From IMG/VR virus record IMGVR_UViG_3300029922_000054, positions 3,763-67,762 of that record: a DNA stretch of 64,000 bases, one strand, 5' to 3'. This document shows, one piece after another, positions 9,617-17,629 of the stretch. Positions within the stretch are counted from its first letter, which is position 1. Every line of letters begins with the position of its first letter. The DNA comes from a virus. The translations under genes were made by a program, and so were the position numbers. Under the pieces are notes generated by a model. It did no database searches and was not told where the DNA came from. It worked only from the letters and a program-made list of their open reading frames with translations.

Positions 9617-9842
9617 CTTTCCGTGCGGTAACACGGAGAGGATGCGCGGCGGGGACCAACGCGATGAGCAGAACAGCCCCACAGACGATGCGCCCGTACT
9701 GAAGACCCTCAGAAGGCTACGAAACGGGCAGCCGCGCACACTTCAACAAGGCAGGTAGGTGTCCTGCCGAAGCCGATCTAGCGTACAGCGTTGTAGTTTG
9801 ACTGATGTGGCGCAAGTTGGACCGGCTTCGGCAGCACATTCA
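9617..9842 (+). ncRNA. Structured intergenic element(s): hairpin, multibranch and long hairpin
   Basis: Stems 9617-25/9632-40, 9643-50/9731-38, 9692-97/9724-29 and 9764-75/9823-34. Confidence 0.55.
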
Positions 9843-9857
9843 CCAGGAGACAGGACC

Positions 9858-10022
9858 ATGGACCGAACAGGACCTCAATATTGCCCTTTGTGTGGGGCTC
9901 ACGAGTTTGAACAGGAAGAGGGAACCTCAACCGATGCTGAGATCCTGAAGCGCCACGATGAGATCATCGCCCTCTACAACAAACTCATCAACCTTGAACT
10001 CAATCCGCCGAAGCCAGAATAG
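9858..10022 (+). CDS. Small zinc-binding hypothetical protein
   Basis: CAGGAG RBS; CPLC motif. Confidence 0.45.
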   Translation: MDRTGPQYCPLCGAHEFEQEEGTSTDAEILKRHDEIIALYNKLINLELNPPKPE

Positions 10023-10031
10023 GACAGCACC

Positions 10032-10214
10032 ATGCCGAGATGTACCGCATGTGATGGAACGGGCTGGCTGCGCACTCAGCGCGATGTGAGCAAGATCTAC
10101 GGCAGGACTCAGTTCAACAGCTACTCCCGTCCATGCCCATGCTGCGGGGCAACCGGGAAGGTCGAGTTACCGCCATTCGACCGTAAACAGGCAGCAGCAG
10201 GAGAAACGCAATGA
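10032..10214 (+). CDS. DnaJ-type zinc-finger small protein
   Basis: CTACDGTG...CPCCGATG. Confidence 0.6.
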   Translation: MPRCTACDGTGWLRTQRDVSKIYGRTQFNSYSRPCPCCGATGKVELPPFDRKQAAAGETQ

Positions 10215-10639
10215 AGAGTTTCCACATCAGCGATGTTTTGAGCGTCACCACAGGGAGGCTAGTGTCCTGCCGCCACATGGAAGGGATCTACGACATCCTC
10301 AACTTCCTCACTGGCGACAATCTGTTCACTCACCAGTTACCGCGCGCTGGCCGCGAATGTGAGCCGTGGTTGCGCACTCAATTCCCTCAGTTGTTCCCGG
10401 ATCAGCCGTTGATAGCTCTCGCCCTGACTCGTCTCGATGAGTTAATGGAAGATGGCGACACGCGAGAGGACCGAGCCGCAAAGATAACCAAGTGGGTAGA
10501 AGAACTGCGCACCGTTCTAGAGTTGCCAGAGCAGATCCCCGTTTACGAGATGGACGAAGAGATGCACACCCACATTGACCCCGTAGAAGAACTTGGCGCT
10601 ATGATAGGCGACCAGAAAGTCATCAAGGTGCAGTTATGA
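10211..10639 (+). CDS. Conserved phage hypothetical protein
   Basis: DVLSVTTGRLVS...YDILNFLTGDNLFTHQLPRA motif; AGGAG RBS. Confidence 0.7.
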   Translation: MKSFHISDVLSVTTGRLVSCRHMEGIYDILNFLTGDNLFTHQLPRAGRECEPWLRTQFPQLFPDQPLIALALTRLDELMEDGDTREDRAAKITKWVEELRTVLELPEQIPVYEMDEEMHTHIDPVEELGAMIGDQKVIKVQL

Positions 10640-11946
10640 CACGTCCAGTTCCACCCCTCACGCAGACATTGAGTAACGAGATGAGTTGCGAATACGGATA
10701 CTCCCTCGTGGAGATCCAAGGCCTGAAGACGCCGAGCACACCCGCCAGTTGGCGCGGCACAGACATTCATGAAGCTCTGGCGCCCTACGCCATGCACTGC
10801 GCACAGAAGCACGTCCCCGCAGACTTCATGTTCCTCGACTCGCTCACCAGCAGCCTGGGAGAAGAGGCCGCAAGCATTCTTGAGTCCTGCCGCGACAATC
10901 TTACAATCGATTGGCAGAACCTGTTTGCCTGCGAGATTCTGTGCGGACTTGACCGCGACTTTCAGCCCACCTATGCAATCGACCATGATGGCAAGCCCCA
11001 GCCCATCAATCATGTGTGGGGATTGGACGCCAACGGAACCGAACCATCTTACTGCGGGACACTGGACGTGATCTACCTCATGCCCGGCGGCAAGGTTGCG
11101 CGCATCGTGGACTGGAAGAGTCACCCGCGGCCATTCGATGCCGACACCATCCAGGGCAAGATGTACAGCCTATTTCTGTTCATGCACCTGCCCGAGTTGA
11201 CCGAAGTTGAGTTTGGGCTCCGGTTCGTGCGCTATCAAAATGTGACCAAGACACACAAATACTTCCGCTCTGACGTGCCGCAGATGATGGAGGACGTTCG
11301 CAGGACACGCAATCGGCAGTTGGACATTCACCGCAAGGTGGAAGAGGGCGGCGAACTGCGGTGCCATGGTGGCTCTCATTGCGTTTACTGCCCGTGCGCC
11401 ATCGACCCCATCGGCATCCCCTGCCCCAACGGTGCGCTGAATCCGATGCTCAAGAGTCCTGCGGAGATGCTGAACTGGATGCTGTCGACCGAGGTTCAGT
11501 TGCGCCAAGTGAAGGACGCGCTCAAGCAGTTCGTCGACGGGACTCAGGAACCAGTCGTGAGTATCGACGCGAACGGAAAGGCATATACCTACGGTCCGAA
11601 GCCACGCGAGAAGGTCACCTATCCGCTGTTCGAGGGCAGTCTCGAAGAGGGCTTCAACATGCCCATCCTCGATGCACTGTTGGACTGGGTGAGGGCCAAC
11701 CCGAAAGACTTGGTTCCGCGTAAGGGCAGCCAGCCGTGGTTCAACAATCTCGCCATCGGCGCGACGAAGCTGAACAGCTATCTCAAGGCCAACAAGCGCG
11801 AGATACTGCACAACAGCATTCGCGGACTGGCAAAGATTGAGACGGTCGTCCAGTTGGGAATTACGCGAGACGCCAGTGTGGACGATGGCCAGGGCTCCGA
11901 GTATCACACCTGGGATGCGTCCGGGGATGAGTTGATTGATTTCTAA
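10636..11946 (+). CDS. PD-(D/E)XK exonuclease (Cas4/AddB/RecB-like)
   Basis: GTDIHEAL, GTLD...IVDWKS catalytic motif, N-terminal Cys plus C-terminal CxxCxC..C (Fe-S-like). Confidence 0.8.
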   Translation: MTRPVPPLTQTLSNEMSCEYGYSLVEIQGLKTPSTPASWRGTDIHEALAPYAMHCAQKHVPADFMFLDSLTSSLGEEAASILESCRDNLTIDWQNLFACEILCGLDRDFQPTYAIDHDGKPQPINHVWGLDANGTEPSYCGTLDVIYLMPGGKVARIVDWKSHPRPFDADTIQGKMYSLFLFMHLPELTEVEFGLRFVRYQNVTKTHKYFRSDVPQMMEDVRRTRNRQLDIHRKVEEGGELRCHGGSHCVYCPCAIDPIGIPCPNGALNPMLKSPAEMLNWMLSTEVQLRQVKDALKQFVDGTQEPVVSIDANGKAYTYGPKPREKVTYPLFEGSLEEGFNMPILDALLDWVRANPKDLVPRKGSQPWFNNLAIGATKLNSYLKANKREILHNSIRGLAKIETVVQLGITRDASVDDGQGSEYHTWDASGDELIDF

Positions 11947-11950
11947 CAGT

Positions 11951-12047
11951 TTGCGCGGCTTTACCGGGGTAAGCAGGACTGCCCGCTAGATTGAACGTCC
12001 TTTGCTCGGCTGAAACCTGAGCGTCGCAATCTAGCCCGCGCAATTCA
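11951..12047 (+). ncRNA. Structured intergenic element
   Basis: Stems TTGCGCGG/CCGCGCAA (11951-58/12036-43) and GCTAGATTG/CAATCTAGC (11985-93/12027-35), with inner hairpins. Confidence 0.5.
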
Positions 12048-12064
12048 ATTCTAAGGAGAATGCT

Positions 12065-12229
12065 ATGAAGATTCTCGGAATGTATTTCATGAAAGGTCCG
12101 ACGGCTTACGAGTTCCAGGCTGGCAGACTAGGGATACGAATCTGCCATCTCTGGGGCGGCTATTGGAATACCATCGCGCACAATCTCCGTTATCGAGTCA
12201 CCTTCTATTGGTGGCCGAAAGAGTTCTAA
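12065..12229 (+). CDS. Small hypothetical protein (54 aa)
   Basis: AAGGAG RBS; MKILGMYF...WWPKEF*; sits between two structured elements. Confidence 0.55.
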   Translation: MKILGMYFMKGPTAYEFQAGRLGIRICHLWGGYWNTIAHNLRYRVTFYWWPKEF

Positions 12230-12233
12230 CAGT

Positions 12234-12370
12234 TCGTGGGGCTACGGCCTGTAGAAGAACAGGACCCTCTGGGGGAGACGACCCTGGATATGAAATGTGA
12301 GGATCGTTCCGAACGTGCTCCCGTAGCGGCTTGACCGGCTAGAGCGTTCGCCTCACAGCCCCACGATTCA
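12234..12370 (+). ncRNA. Structured intergenic element
   Basis: Perfect 10-bp closing stem TCGTGGGGCT/AGCCCCACGA (12234-43/12357-66); inner stems CCTGT/ACAGG, TGTGAGG/CCTCACA and CGAAC/GTTCG. Confidence 0.5.
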
Positions 12371-12405
12371 CCCGCCTCCCGCCAGAGGCAAACAGAAAGG
12401 GAATC

Positions 12406-14307
12406 ATGCAAATCGCCGCAATAGCGCTCAAGAACTTTGGAATCTGCGAGGAAACCGAACTCGCATTTGACCAGCCGCTCAACATCCTCATCGGTGAGCA
12501 CGCAAACGGAAAGACAACCGTCGCCAACGCCATTCGCCTTAGCTTCACACAGCGTGCCGGCAAGACCACCGACCGCAAAGGTGGAGGCGCCATGGACAAC
12601 GTGAGACTCGGTGCCAAGAAAGCCGAGATCACCACTATCGTGGAGACAGCCAAAGGACCACTCCAGATCTTCACGACGTATGGGCCGGGAGCATCACGCA
12701 GGAATCAAAACATCACTGCAGGTGAAGGAAAGGGAGACGGCGCGGGTCCTGTCGCAGCCTTTGAGCACTTCCTCGACCGGCAATCTGAGGCGCTGTCGTG
12801 CGTCCTTGATTCCGCTTACTTCTTCGACGCCAAGACGCCACAGAAAGACATTCTGGCCGCGCTGATCCTGCCTGCATCGCACGAGTTCGACGCCGAGAAG
12901 ATTGCGCTCGTCGAGAAGCACCTGGGCAAGTTTGTATGGACGAAGAGCCCTGTTGCCGTCATCGACCAGGTGTACAGCGCGGCCTACAGCGCCCGGAAGG
13001 ATGCCAAGGCCGCTCTGGGGGCCATCTACATACCGACGCAGCCACAGCGGCCCGAATACGACGCCGAGCACGTACAGGAGCAGATAGCGTCCTGCCGCGC
13101 TACCGTCCAGAAGGAAGCCAAGAAGATCAAGGCGGGAGGTACGGTCCAGATCGGCCGCATCGAGCAGAGTCTGGAGCAGGAGAAAGAGAAACTGGCAACG
13201 GCGCGCACCGACTATGCCGAGGCCAGGAAGCGTACCGGCGAGATCGACCAGGCTATCCTCGACGCGCCGAACCTCAAGAAAGCCGAGCGTGCAGCCGCCG
13301 GCAGGACTCTCTGGAACCAACTCCAGGAGCAGATTCACGAGTTTGTACGCGAGATCACCGCGCAGCAAGAGGCACAGGAGATTTACCGCGACCTGGGCTC
13401 CAACCCGCATTGCCCAACTTGCACACAGAAGATCACCAAAGAGTTCATCGCTGGCAAGGTGGAGGAGCACAAGAAGCTGGAGGACGAAGCGCGCACGGCC
13501 AAGCTGAGCGTGGAAGCCGAGCAGCAGGGCCTGGGCGACCTCGCCGAAGCAGAGGCCGTGATTGCCACCCACAAGGCGCTGACCGAGAAGAAGCTCCAGA
13601 ACGTCAAAGACGTGGCCGATGCAACAGGACGCATCGAAGGGTTGGAGCGGTCGCTCCAGCAGCTTGAAACAGCACTTCTAAATGCCAAAGCGCAGGAGAC
13701 GGCACCAACCGACACCAGCGCCCTAGACGCAGCCCAGAATGAACTAAGCACTTGGGAAGCTCGTTTGAGTCCTGCGCTGAACTACGATGCAACCCTGGTT
13801 CAGATTGAACAGGCTACGGCGCGCCAGAAAACACAGAAAGAAACGGTAGCGGATCTCGAAACGCTGGTAGCCTACTTCGGCGACAAGGGCATCAAGGCTG
13901 ACCTGATCGCTGAAGGTTCGGCGCACTTCATGGCGACCGTCAACGGCGTGCTGGCTGCCTGGGGCTACGAGGCCAAGCTATCAGATGAGGCTGACAGCTT
14001 TAGCGTCCTGACGCCGAGTGGATGGCTGCCGACAAAGCAGCTCTCAGGCTTCGAGGAGTTCATGTTCCGGGTGGCGCTCCAGTGCGCGATTGCCGTTCAC
14101 TCCAAGCTCAAGATAGTGGTGATTGACGAGGCGCAGGACATTATCGACGCGCACAGGACCCGGCTGTTCAAGGCCGTCCAGGGGATGCTGAGGGATGGTC
14201 TGCTCGACGAGGCCTTCATCATCATGGCGGATAACCGCGATACGGTTCCTGTCAAAGAGGGGATCGCGTACTACCGCATGACCAATGGCACTGCTACGAG
14301 GCTCTGA
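12406..14307 (+). CDS. Rad50/SbcC-like SMC-family ATPase
   Basis: Walker A GEHANGKTT, long coiled coil with a CPTC zinc hook, signature LSGFE, Walker B IVVIDE. Confidence 0.85.
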   Translation: MQIAAIALKNFGICEETELAFDQPLNILIGEHANGKTTVANAIRLSFTQRAGKTTDRKGGGAMDNVRLGAKKAEITTIVETAKGPLQIFTTYGPGASRRNQNITAGEGKGDGAGPVAAFEHFLDRQSEALSCVLDSAYFFDAKTPQKDILAALILPASHEFDAEKIALVEKHLGKFVWTKSPVAVIDQVYSAAYSARKDAKAALGAIYIPTQPQRPEYDAEHVQEQIASCRATVQKEAKKIKAGGTVQIGRIEQSLEQEKEKLATARTDYAEARKRTGEIDQAILDAPNLKKAERAAAGRTLWNQLQEQIHEFVREITAQQEAQEIYRDLGSNPHCPTCTQKITKEFIAGKVEEHKKLEDEARTAKLSVEAEQQGLGDLAEAEAVIATHKALTEKKLQNVKDVADATGRIEGLERSLQQLETALLNAKAQETAPTDTSALDAAQNELSTWEARLSPALNYDATLVQIEQATARQKTQKETVADLETLVAYFGDKGIKADLIAEGSAHFMATVNGVLAAWGYEAKLSDEADSFSVLTPSGWLPTKQLSGFEEFMFRVALQCAIAVHSKLKIVVIDEAQDIIDAHRTRLFKAVQGMLRDGLLDEAFIIMADNRDTVPVKEGIAYYRMTNGTATRL

Positions 14308-14622
14308 ATGGCTAAAAGCAAACTCAACCTGCATGAGTCCCACATCGCCGAAGCGACTCAGCAGTACATCGCCTCTCTTACGGCCCTGGGCGTGAAGTCG
14401 TTCATCGTCGGTTACGCTCTGACGGAGGACCCCGAGGGAGATGGTCTAGTCGTGATGCAGGGAACCTCCACAATGCTCATGAACCTGATCTGCGGCATGA
14501 TCCACCGGCTGGTCCCGGATGACTTCCACAACCTGCTGGCGGTGTTGCTTTCAGGAGATTACTTCTCTACCCACCGCGGCGAGAAGAAAGAGCAGCCAAC
14601 AAAGAAAGCGATGGTGAACTGA
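14308..14622 (+). CDS. Hypothetical protein
   Basis: 104-aa ORF abutting the previous stop. Confidence 0.6.
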   Translation: MAKSKLNLHESHIAEATQQYIASLTALGVKSFIVGYALTEDPEGDGLVVMQGTSTMLMNLICGMIHRLVPDDFHNLLAVLLSGDYFSTHRGEKKEQPTKKAMVN

Positions 14623-14623
14623 A

Positions 14624-15202
14624 TTGACCGCCATCAAACCCAGCATCAAAGCAGGGGCGCTCTTCCAACAAGACGCGCACACCACTTTCATGACGATCAC
14701 TGGCAGCCGTTACCGGAACATGGTCCTGCGCTGCCAGAAGAAGAAGCTCCCACGGCCGTCATTCACGCTGGAAGAGTTCCGCCGCGACCTGCTCGACAAC
14801 GTGATGGGCGGCAAAGAGGATGCTCCGATCCAGTGCAGATATTGTGGACGCTGGTTCACGCTGGCCGAGGTTGACGTTGACCACGGAACCGCCCTCAGCG
14901 AGGGAGGATCGACTGGGCTCGACAACATCGATTATCCATGCGCGCAGGACAATGATCGCAAGGGATCTCTCTCGGTCGCCCAGTACAAGGACCTCCTAGC
15001 CTATCTCGAAACGATTCATCCACGCGCTCGGCAGGACATACTGTCCAGGCTGGAGAAGGCCAACAAACTTGCAGCATCGGCAAACAGAGCGCGCGGGCTA
15101 ATGGCCGAACTGGACCGGCTCAAGAAAGGCGGGAAAGCCAAGCAGCCGCAGGACACCGAATACTTTACCGAGATCCCTGATTCCGATCTTGGCCAGTTCT
15201 AA
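14624..15202 (+). CDS. HNH endonuclease
   Basis: CRYCG...VDH...SEGG...N...C..DN..KG. Confidence 0.8.
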   Translation: MTAIKPSIKAGALFQQDAHTTFMTITGSRYRNMVLRCQKKKLPRPSFTLEEFRRDLLDNVMGGKEDAPIQCRYCGRWFTLAEVDVDHGTALSEGGSTGLDNIDYPCAQDNDRKGSLSVAQYKDLLAYLETIHPRARQDILSRLEKANKLAASANRARGLMAELDRLKKGGKAKQPQDTEYFTEIPDSDLGQF

Positions 15203-15231
15203 CCCTCAACCCTCCTGAAAGGAGACAGACA

Positions 15232-15870
15232 TTGGCAAAACCCAAAGTGACAAAGCTCATGAACTTCTTCGAGAGCCACCGGCGCCGGGCATCCCTGACC
15301 GCCTGGAGCCACTTGAAGACCAAGGCCGGCGAGTCCCGCATCAAGCTCGATCTCCGGATTCCCCTCCTCAATGAACCAGTCGTAGGCATGAACGATGCAA
15401 TCGGCGAGGCTTTCACGGTGATGGCCAAGGACGAATCCAAGATCGACAGGACCAGTCTCAACGTCGAATTGGATGGCATGACTCTTGAAGCTTTCTCTAC
15501 CGGCGACGTGAAGCATGTCTCCGTATCCAGCACTGGCGTCAAGATGATTAAGCTGGCGCTCGTGGCGGCCGGCGAGGGCGAGAAGCGCACCGTAGACCTC
15601 TTGCTTACCGCCTACGCCCCGGCAAGCATCCAGCTCCGTGACTGGGCCTGGGATCACATGCACGCCGAATTTCACATCGAGGCCGTCTACAGCCAAAGCG
15701 AATTGGAGTTCAGCGACGAGCCAGACGAGGGTGATTCCGACGAAGAAGATAGCGAGGATGAGGATCTCGATCCCGACAACGAGGAGGACGTTCTCACCTA
15801 TCCATCCCGGCCAGCCAATAAATCAGGACCCAAAGAACTGGTCGAGTTCCACACCAAGCAGGTTCAGTAG
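15232..15870 (+). CDS. Hypothetical protein with an acidic tract
   Basis: AAGGAG RBS, TTG start, 212 aa. Confidence 0.65.
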   Translation: MAKPKVTKLMNFFESHRRRASLTAWSHLKTKAGESRIKLDLRIPLLNEPVVGMNDAIGEAFTVMAKDESKIDRTSLNVELDGMTLEAFSTGDVKHVSVSSTGVKMIKLALVAAGEGEKRTVDLLLTAYAPASIQLRDWAWDHMHAEFHIEAVYSQSELEFSDEPDEGDSDEEDSEDEDLDPDNEEDVLTYPSRPANKSGPKELVEFHTKQVQ

Positions 15871-15960
15871 GGTCCTGCGGGGTACTCTCAAGGCTGTACT
15901 TGGGACTGCGCGCGTGGTCCCGCACTCCAACCAGCAACCCATTTCCTCTGGAGGAAATCA

Positions 15961-16581
15961 ATGTCCGAAGAAAAAGTTCCCGTTATCGGTGGCGCTGTTC
16001 TGGTCACCTTCTACAGCGATACCCTGAAGCTCTCCACGCTCGTCGCTCACGTCCTGGCTATCACCGGCTCGGCCGCAGGACTCGCAACTGCAGACGGCCA
16101 GCCAGCGCTCACCGTAGCCTATCCCGATCCCAACGCTGACCCGGCCATCCTCTCCAGCCCAAACTGGCAGAAGGCCTACATCCGCAAGACCGGCGTGGTC
16201 CACTTCAGTCACCAGTCAGCCGTAGATGGGCAGGAGTCAATCGTCTGGGGCTATCCCGTAGGCGTAAACGATCTTCCCACGCTCATCAAACCGGAAGGAG
16301 CCGCAACCAACCCGATCTTCGAGCGTCCTGTCGATGCCGAGGTTCCCGAGGTTCCGCTGGGGCAGGCTGGTGCGGTGACACTCAGAAGCGAGTCGGAGCC
16401 GATCATGCCAGCCGATCCAACCAGTGCGGAATCCGTTGCCGCGGCGCAGAAGGCTGACGAAGAAAGGCAGGCTGCTGCTACCACGGAAACTGCTGAAACC
16501 ACAGCAAGCGCGACTGGGGGCGAGACGGCTACAGGAGCCACGGAAACCACAGGTGAGGCCACTGGGGGCGCAATCTCCTAG
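15961..16581 (+). CDS. Hypothetical protein with a low-complexity T/A/E/G tail
   Basis: GGAGG RBS; 206 aa. Confidence 0.65.
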   Translation: MSEEKVPVIGGAVLVTFYSDTLKLSTLVAHVLAITGSAAGLATADGQPALTVAYPDPNADPAILSSPNWQKAYIRKTGVVHFSHQSAVDGQESIVWGYPVGVNDLPTLIKPEGAATNPIFERPVDAEVPEVPLGQAGAVTLRSESEPIMPADPTSAESVAAAQKADEERQAAATTETAETTASATGGETATGATETTGEATGGAIS

Positions 16582-16582
16582 C

Positions 16583-16652
16583 CGTGGTACTCTCGCTCGT
16601 GCGTGGAGGCAGGACTCTTATTGGCGGTAGGGGTCCTGCCAGCGGCACCACG
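16583..16652 (+). ncRNA. Putative c4/CI-like three-stem antisense RNA
   Basis: Closing stem CGTGGT/ACCACG, a small hairpin, and a 13-bp stem (16608-20/16628-40) with loop TTGGCGG complementary to three downstream CCGCCA sites. Confidence 0.45.
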
Positions 16653-16797
16653 CCGAGCGGTCGATGCGTCCAGGTGCTCCTTTCCATCTGGACGCTCCCG
16701 CCAAACCTTTTCAGTCACCGCCATGGCTGAAAATAACCCGAAAAATAATCCTTGACAACACTTCACCAGATTCTCTCTGACCGCCATTGGAGACAAC

Positions 16798-17280
16798 ATG
16801 ATCACGGAAGATGAACAAATTGAAGCGATTCGACTTGCTTACCCAAGACGAGTTGCGCCCGACGCTGCAAGAAAGATGATCGCCCGAGCTGCATCCCGGC
16901 TTGTGAAGAAGAAGCGATTCCCAGATGAATATGCCAGCCGTCGGTTCCTCTACAAGAAAGCGGCCGAGTTTGCTCTGAGTCCTGCCGGGCAGCCAGTTCC
17001 CAAAGGAGATCCAGATTACCGGCCCTATCCAGCGACATGGTTCAACGCAGGACACTACGACAACGATCCTGCCGAATGGCAGAAGCCCAACGGGGGAAGC
17101 AATGGTAGACAGAACAGCACTGCAACGAAGGCAGAACGCACAGTTGATGCAGTCAGAGCCGCTGTCTCCCAAGCAGCAGATCATAGTCGCCCTCGGGACA
17201 CTGGCATTGATGAGGGGCGGCGAGTACAGCCAAGCGACGCTGACAGCCTTTTCGGAAGGACTATTGAAGGAACCGTTTGA
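16798..17280 (+). CDS. Putative replication initiator / replisome organiser (C-terminal-type domain)
   Basis: YPRRVAP..A...YRPYPATWFN..HYD motif typical of phage replisome organisers; upstream of the loader and DnaB. Confidence 0.6.
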   Translation: MITEDEQIEAIRLAYPRRVAPDAARKMIARAASRLVKKKRFPDEYASRRFLYKKAAEFALSPAGQPVPKGDPDYRPYPATWFNAGHYDNDPAEWQKPNGGSNGRQNSTATKAERTVDAVRAAVSQAADHSRPRDTGIDEGRRVQPSDADSLFGRTIEGTV

Positions 17281-17629
17281 GGATGTGATTGCAACCATCC
17301 AAAAGATCGCAGAGAGCCCGCGGCGTGACCGGGAAACCGCGTGTCCTGACTTCGGTACGCTTCTGGTGGCCGTCCGGTCCATCCGGCATCCGCAACGGCA
17401 TCTGCGCGAGATTGTGTGCCGTCTGGCGCGCATCTACGGTGTGATTGTAGACGAGGAGATGTTGACCGAATACGAGGCCGAAGCAGGACACAGAACAGAC
17501 GATGACTTGGACAAAGCTCTTGGAGTCCTACGGGGCGATGAGAATCTGAAGCGGATGCCGACGCCGGCACAGTTTCGGGCAGCCTGCGGGATTCCTAAGG
17601 TCTACCGGGATGGGACGAGGCCAGAGTGA
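17102..17629 (+). CDS. Putative helicase loader / replication protein
   Basis: Two helical repeats ending CPDFG and MPTPAQFR, as in G39P/lambda-P-like loaders; overlaps the initiator 3' end. Confidence 0.5.
   Translation: MVDRTALQRRQNAQLMQSEPLSPKQQIIVALGTLALMRGGEYSQATLTAFSEGLLKEPFEDVIATIQKIAESPRRDRETACPDFGTLLVAVRSIRHPQRHLREIVCRLARIYGVIVDEEMLTEYEAEAGHRTDDDLDKALGVLRGDENLKRMPTPAQFRAACGIPKVYRDGTRPE

Noticed and set aside
9699-9725. Canonical hammerhead ribozyme
   Set aside because: Stem III and the NUH cleavage triplet could not be identified; kept only as a low-interest finding.
10636-11946. Cas4-like nuclease as a sign of a CRISPR-Cas system
   Set aside because: No repeat-spacer array or other cas genes seen; solo Cas4-like exonucleases are common in phage recombination modules.
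11941-12370. Integron attC sites (elements start at ...CTAAC)
   Set aside because: No matching GTTRRRY end box and no integron integrase; the structures are multibranched rather than attC-like.
16752-16780. Sigma70 promoter at TTGACA before the initiator gene
   Set aside because: No acceptable -10 hexamer at 16-18 nt spacing.
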